A stretch of 64,000 nt of DNA from Antedon mediterranea (lineage: Eukaryota; Animalia; Echinodermata). This document shows, one piece after another, positions 58,194 through 64,000 of the stretch (the first letter of the stretch is position 1; each line of letters starts with the position of its first letter). Position numbers and translations under genes: made by a program. Location: contig NC_092671.1 in assembly GCF_964355755.1 (NCBI RefSeq), positions 8,928,001 through 8,992,000 of the forward strand. The letters are read 5' to 3'. The notes beneath the pieces were generated by a model. The model had not been told where the DNA came from. It saw nothing but the letters and a program-made list of their open reading frames with translations, and searched no databases.

Positions 58194-58250
58194 ATCTGAG
58201 TTTTCTAGATCTAGAAAACTCAGATATATCTAAGATCTGAGTTTTCTAGA
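58194..58250. repeat. Perfect 32-bp loopless palindrome plus a third arm
   Basis: ATCTGAGTTTTCTAGA|TCTAGAAAACTCAGAT at 58194-58225, then ATCTGAGTTTTCTAGA again at 58235-58250. Confidence 0.85.
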
Positions 58251-58611
58251 CAATGAGAAAGAATAACCCGATGTTGGTGCTTTCTCGGTGGTTTTCTTCT
58301 TTCGTTCGTTCTTTGGGGTTTCGTGTCTTCTTTCATGTTGAATTGAAGAGACATACTTTGTTTACCCCTTATAAATAGTATATTTTATCTTGACGTACAG
58401 ACATTTTATTCATTATTTACTAAATAAATTAATATTACTTTAGTTTGTTGTCGCCTTTTTGATTCGAATTATTCTTTTTCTATCTTTGTATTGGATTGCA
58501 TTTTAGCTTCCTTCCAGTTGATCTTATTTAAGAATCAGATGACATGAGGAAATATAGTTCAAAATAGTACGTAAACATTTCCTCGTGGCATTAAGTGGTG
58601 TAAAGGTATCT

Positions 58612-60590
58612 ATAATAATAATAATACCAATAATAATAATAATAATAATAATTTATTTGGAGATTACACTTTTACAACAGTGGCACTCGACCAAATGGAA
58701 GGTGCATCCAAAAGAAATGTACAAAAAAAACAACATGATATAGAAAATAACAATTACAATAAAAAGTCGATGTAGGTCAAAATGTCAAAACAATTCAACT
58801 ACAGTAACTACAATACCATTGATAATTAACACTACAGCAGCAGGAAACCCACTGACACCTAAAAATACTAAATTACAAGAAATAAACAATAATAGAATAG
58901 GTAGGAACTGTGCAATATAAAATGAATTGGGCAACAACAATGTAGACCTAACACTATAATGAGATAGATATCAATCATTTAGTTTGATTGATATGAACAT
59001 TACTCGCCTAGAACATTACATCTGTGTGCCCATGCTCTTTTAACATAGTGCTTACAGTAACAATCAAAGACATTTGATATGGAATCGACGTCATGCATAT
59101 AATGATAGTAGTTATCAGTTCCACCTAATATATACAAGATTTAATTTGGTGTTCAGGTCACCAGAGATAAAATTTTCCCATACATCTAAATGATTGATAT
59201 CGATTAACATATTATATTCTAATTTGGTATATTCTTCAATCCTTATGCCATTGAGTTGGTTACATGTGAATAGAAAATGTTGAATGTCTTCTAAACCATT
59301 CTTACACATTTTACAGATACCATCATATTCAGGAAGCCACTTACAACTCCTGTGACCTAAAGGAAGGGTGTTAGAACGTAGTTTGAATTTGAGGCCAGAT
59401 CCTAGAGAAAGTATGTACAATCCAATAAATATTTTTCAAGGCACGGATTAGACTTAATAAGAGAGTATGTCTGGATTGACGATTTTCTTAGCATTTCACT
59501 TTTCCAAAATGCAATGTTTGTGTCATGCATTTAACCCAATGACTATCAGGGTCATTGCCAAGGCTAGGAAGTTTCGAAAATTGAGTCGATGTCCATTAAT
59601 AGACGCACACGTCTTAGCAAAACTGGGAATCAGTTTATAGCGTGGTTCTACATTTGTAGTTGAACTTAGACACGTATTAAGCATAAAGTTAGGCCAACGG
59701 TGTTTATCCATGTTCATTACATAATTAATAAATTTGGCTCTAGATATATCTTGAATAACTTTAATTTGAACCCACCCTAAATCCCCATACAAGGCCTCTT
59801 TAGGTGTATTTCTACTAGCTTTTAAGATGTACCGCGCCATTTGTAATTGAAGTGACTCAATGTTATCAATATCTTTCCTGCTTTGGCTGACCCACACTGA
59901 ATAAGCATATTTTTATTGTAGGCAGAGCAATTGTTTTCCATAGAATGTCACCATAGAAAATTCTACTAAAATTATCAAATCGGTCTATAATTGACTTAAT
60001 ATAATAAGCCTTTATTGATGATTTGGTCGATGTGAAAATGATCTGAAATATTTCTTGATATGTAGGCCTAAGTACCAAGATATTTATATATCAACCTCAG
60101 AAATATATTGATCGCCCAATTTCCACATCTTATTGTTTATGCGCTGTCCAATAATAAGGACCTTCGACTTTTCATGATTAAAATTTAATTTCCATGACTT
60201 TGCAAATGTAGATGCTAGATTGAGCATCTCACTCAGATCATTCATTGTTTGCCATAAGTACAACGTTGTCTGCCCAAAAAAGGCTACCCATACATATTAT
60301 AAATACGAACACCTAGATCATGTTTTTTGAGTAATTTGGTAAACTCGTGCATAAGAATACAAAACAAAGTCGGTGATAAAACACATCCCTGTTGAACTCC
60401 TCCATCAATATTTAAAAAATGTAGTGTCTATTTTACCAAATCTTACTTTACCTTGCACATCGTGATATAAACTATCGATTAATTTCCATAGCCTACCTCT
60501 AATCCCAATATTCCATGCTGCCATTAACATTCCTTCCCTCCAAACCGTATCGAATGCTTTTTTTAAATCTAAGAAGTAAAAGGCCATGAA
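58612..60590 (-). mobile_element. Degenerate 5'-truncated LINE (RT domain plus C-terminal CCHC knuckle; RTE-X-like)
   Basis: Frameshifted minus-strand fragments: FLDLKKAFDTVWREGM..IGIRGRLWKLI.SLY, GVQQGCVLSPTLF, LFWADNVV (YADD equivalent), YKYLG, LWKTIALPT, EALYGDLGW, FKLRSNTLPL, CKMC...EDIQHFLFTC. A (TAT)n tail lies at 58612-58652. Confidence 0.88.
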
Positions 60591-61532
60591 GGTTTTTATC
60601 TAACTATATAGCCTATTGTTTGTCAGGTACAATATTCATGGCCGGCGGAAATGACTGACGTCTGTCATATACTTCTGTTCCTTTATTATTCAAGGCGTAG
60701 GTCTACATATTGGCTAAACAATATTGTTTATAATATAAAGTAGGCCTATACCGTACATTTTTACAGTATTTGCTTGTAGATTTTGTTTGATTGATACTGG
60801 TTATTATACTTCTTACGTGTTGTATACGTCATAGCTATACTTTCGTAACAATGTTGGTCCTTTTGTAATATTAATATGCTGTCGTATTTGCCAATAAAGT
60901 CCGTCGTTTTTCAAGTCAAATGATTTCCTCGAACCATATGCTGTTCGATTTAATTTGTCCATTTCTTTATTTACGATAACATTTCTTTCTTTCCATTATG
61001 ATTTCGCTACAAAATACGATACAACTTCAATTCATCATGTGATTTTATTTACTTTTTTTTCAATATACAGTAGATTATTTTTCAGTAATAAATTAGGATA
61101 ATATAATTATTATATATTGTTTACTTAAGACAAGCATACACACGTAAATATTAGCCAATCCAATGTAGGATACACTAACATGATATTATCATCAAATGTG
61201 CTTATGTTATCTTATTGCACTAGAATGAACAATCAAGCCGTTATTAGCATAATGTAATTATTTATTCCATGATTTTGTTTCTATAGTTGCCAAGTAGACG
61301 AGTACTGAGCACTAATAACATTTCTTATTACGATGACCATTATCCTTAAACAACTCAGAAAACTGACTTAAATAATACAGATTACTTAGCACATTTATAC
61401 AACGTTGTATTTACAGCGTATAGGGCCAATAACACAATTTGTCAACAATATTGTTCGATTCGGATACAGCAATATGTTGTAAAAGAATGGAAAAATCTGT
61501 AAGATTTCAGAAAATTCCCTCTTCGAACGTAA

Positions 61533-61642
61533 AGCTCTGTCCACACTATCAAATTGGTAGTAAGTAGGTAGTAATATGACATCATTGTTGATGGGCACGT
61601 CACATTTTTTTGCCACATAAAATTTGATGTGTAAACAGAGCT
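61533..61642. mobile_element. MITE family A copy in reverse orientation
   Basis: taa+AGCTCTGTCCACACTATCAAAT ... ATTTGATGTGTAAACAGAGCT+taa, giving a TAA TSD. Confidence 0.78.
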
Positions 61643-64000
61643 TAACAGCATTATAATAGAACTTACTACAGAGTAATACTTTTTAAGGAAATTTTTCAAC
61701 AACTGTATAATATCATGAAGTACTAGGTATGCGTGGATACGTCTTAAGTACTGTAATGGTTACGATAATGTGATATTGCAAAAATATATTAATGGGCGAT
61801 CTTTCCTCTGTAACTATCGTAGAAAACAATTTTATTTTTTTAATCGAGCTTTCCGTGACTTCTTTATAACTTTATGAATAAATAAATTAAACTTTATACG
61901 TACAGTATTTACAATGAATGTGTTACTAAAACACTTAAACATAGATTTGAGTTATAATATAACTTTACAGTATAAGCCAACTTCTCCTCTTTTGGCGGGA
62001 AAACCAGAAAAAGACTTGGCGGGAAGAATGCTCTTATGTAAAAGTTACAATACTATTTTGTGGTTAAATATAGCGTGATGTTTCGTGTCTGTCATCGTGC
62101 CAGCACATTGGTAGACCTTTTTTGGCAGTTCTCCAGCAACTGATACGGCAACGCCTGGGTCTTCTGAGCCCCTCGGGATACTTATCAATGTGCTTTAACG
62201 TACCTTTCTGACCTGCAAAGATAAATAAAACGATTTTTAATAACAATCTTTTAATTATGCAATTGTCTACGATAAAAAATAACAGGTGCAAAAGTAGAAA
62301 TACGATCTTTAAATAAGAAGAGTTGATTGAAAAGGTGGTATAACCGCAAGATAACGCTAAATTACATAGGTAGTATACAACATCGCTATACCCATTGTAT
62401 GCAAATAATTTCATCAGGTGAAATCAACCATTAAACACGAAGACAGATTTATCCCGAATAATAACAAACGCGAACTTTTCGACACGCCTTTGAAACGAGC
62501 AATACAGGTACTTGTTATTTTGATTCTTTACAAATCCAGGTCTCATTTTTATCAAGTTACCCAACGTGACAATATTGTAGTTTTTCATTTAATGACGTCA
62601 TCACTGTACATTTAAACGATTATTGAGAAAACATCAAACTAGCATCTCTTCATAGGCCTATATAAATTAAGCCGTATTCATTTTGATTGGCTGACGTGTT
62701 CCCCTCTGTTCCAAGTGGTCTGTAACAGAGGGGAAGACGCTTTTCTATCATTACTAAATTAGGTAATGCCACGCTTCCCTACTGACACGCAGAGAGTCCG
62801 TGAGGTAGAAATAAGTCTGTAATGTTGACCCAGTAATTACGAATATGGCAACCGGTTTTGAATCATCTTTTTTTAACATTATCAATTTATCAAATACACA
62901 ATCGTATGTGATTATTCTTTGTCAATTAAATTCGACATATAAACAGTACATTTATCATCGCCGCCGAAATGCGGATTGGAACGTACGTACCATTACCTTA
63001 TTTGGTAAATGTAGCAAGTTTACTACTTAAGGCGTTTTGGAACGTTTGGTTTGACGCGTTGTCCTCCACAACAACATTTGACAGTCAGTAACTATTAATT
63101 ACAGTATAGTTTATTAAGAACTATCGAAAGATACTGTAATAAACAAGAATATTGTGATATATTATAGTGTTGTTTTTCAATAAACTACCCGCAATTCGCG
63201 GGGGAAAACTGGACTGAGCCACAACAAAAAGTAGCTTACGAGCACGTCTGTTTAATAACACATGAAGTTAGAGGGTAGGTAACGCAGCTTGTGGTCTTGA
63301 AACACACGCGAAAACGCCACGACAAGCATCTCAAATAAATTACCAACCCGTCAATCACAGCAGCGTTAAGAAATTACAATTTTTACGAACAAGATTTTCT
63401 ATAAATATTCCGCTACAATACTGATTTTTTGATTGAATTTTTATGTGAATTCAAAAAGAAAAATCCCCAAATAAAGTGAATTTAATTATCAAACATTGTA
63501 ATGTGAGATGTGATGAACCAAGACTATTTAAATTGGAAGACAACAAATATGACTATTTTTGTAATTCATGAAAAAAAAAACACAATCGTCATCAGTTCTG
63601 AAAACAACGATGCCAAACAAACAATAGTTTTGATTATATAGTCGATTGCAATCGGGAGATGTTCCCAAGTGAAGTTCGTCTAGTTGGAAGACAACGCGAC
63701 CAGGACGCGTCCAGAAAGAATGCAATCCTTTGTTCGAACGGTAAGAAGAATTTACAGAAATAACAAACACGGATGGTGTTATTTCGTGGACAGTCGCGAT
63801 CTGAAATCATCATCTTCAATGGTATTGTGATTGTGCGTTGATCATGCTTCAGCGATTTCTTGCTATGCAAAGGTACAAACAAAAACAACTCTTGTCAAAT
63901 CGCGAGTGTATACTGTATACCCCTCGATAGGTAATCATTTTGACAATCAGCTGGTTTTGGTTGTAACAATCGGCAGCTTTTAGAAATGTTCATTATAAAC

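Noticed and set aside
59115-60587. Functional reverse transcriptase or domesticated RT gene
   Set aside because: Multiple frameshifts and stops, a mutated catalytic motif (WADN) and 5' truncation indicate a dead LINE copy.

Overview
AT-rich, intron-containing animal DNA (GT-AG introns, tRNA-derived SINEs, LINE remnants, MITEs). The Deu-type SINE and gene content suggest a marine invertebrate deuterostome such as an echinoderm; the taxon is inferred, not established. Genes from left to right: two tandem intronless class-A GPCR paralogs on the minus strand (1..932 runs off the window; 1878..2936 is complete); a CFAP65 (CCDC108) gene with 35 coding exons on the plus strand (4720..26172, about 1776 aa by my hand splicing) preceded by an RFX X-box-like site; and an 8-exon TMEM163-like zinc-transporter gene (30825..38370, 275 aa) that the ORF track misses entirely. 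A CCAAT plus CDE/CHR-like promoter with a non-coding first exon follows at about 38.9 kb, then about 25 kb in which I could assign no confident coding exon. Repeats include three Deu-domain SINEs with two different 3' tails, at least two PIF/Harbinger-type MITE families, Tc1/mariner-like and Kolobok-like elements, very short P/Galileo-like elements with 7-bp TSDs, two larger LINE remnants and a complex minisatellite. The most unusual signals are (i) the palindrome TAGGCCTA, seen about 34 times by eye, clustered just downstream of inferred TSSs and scattered through CpG-retaining DNA but not seen in the 21-kb CFAP65 body; (ii) 29-35-bp hairpin insertions with exact 7-bp TSDs; and (iii) the orphan cell-cycle-type promoter. 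No prokaryotic system or CRISPR array is present. All coordinates and counts were read by hand.
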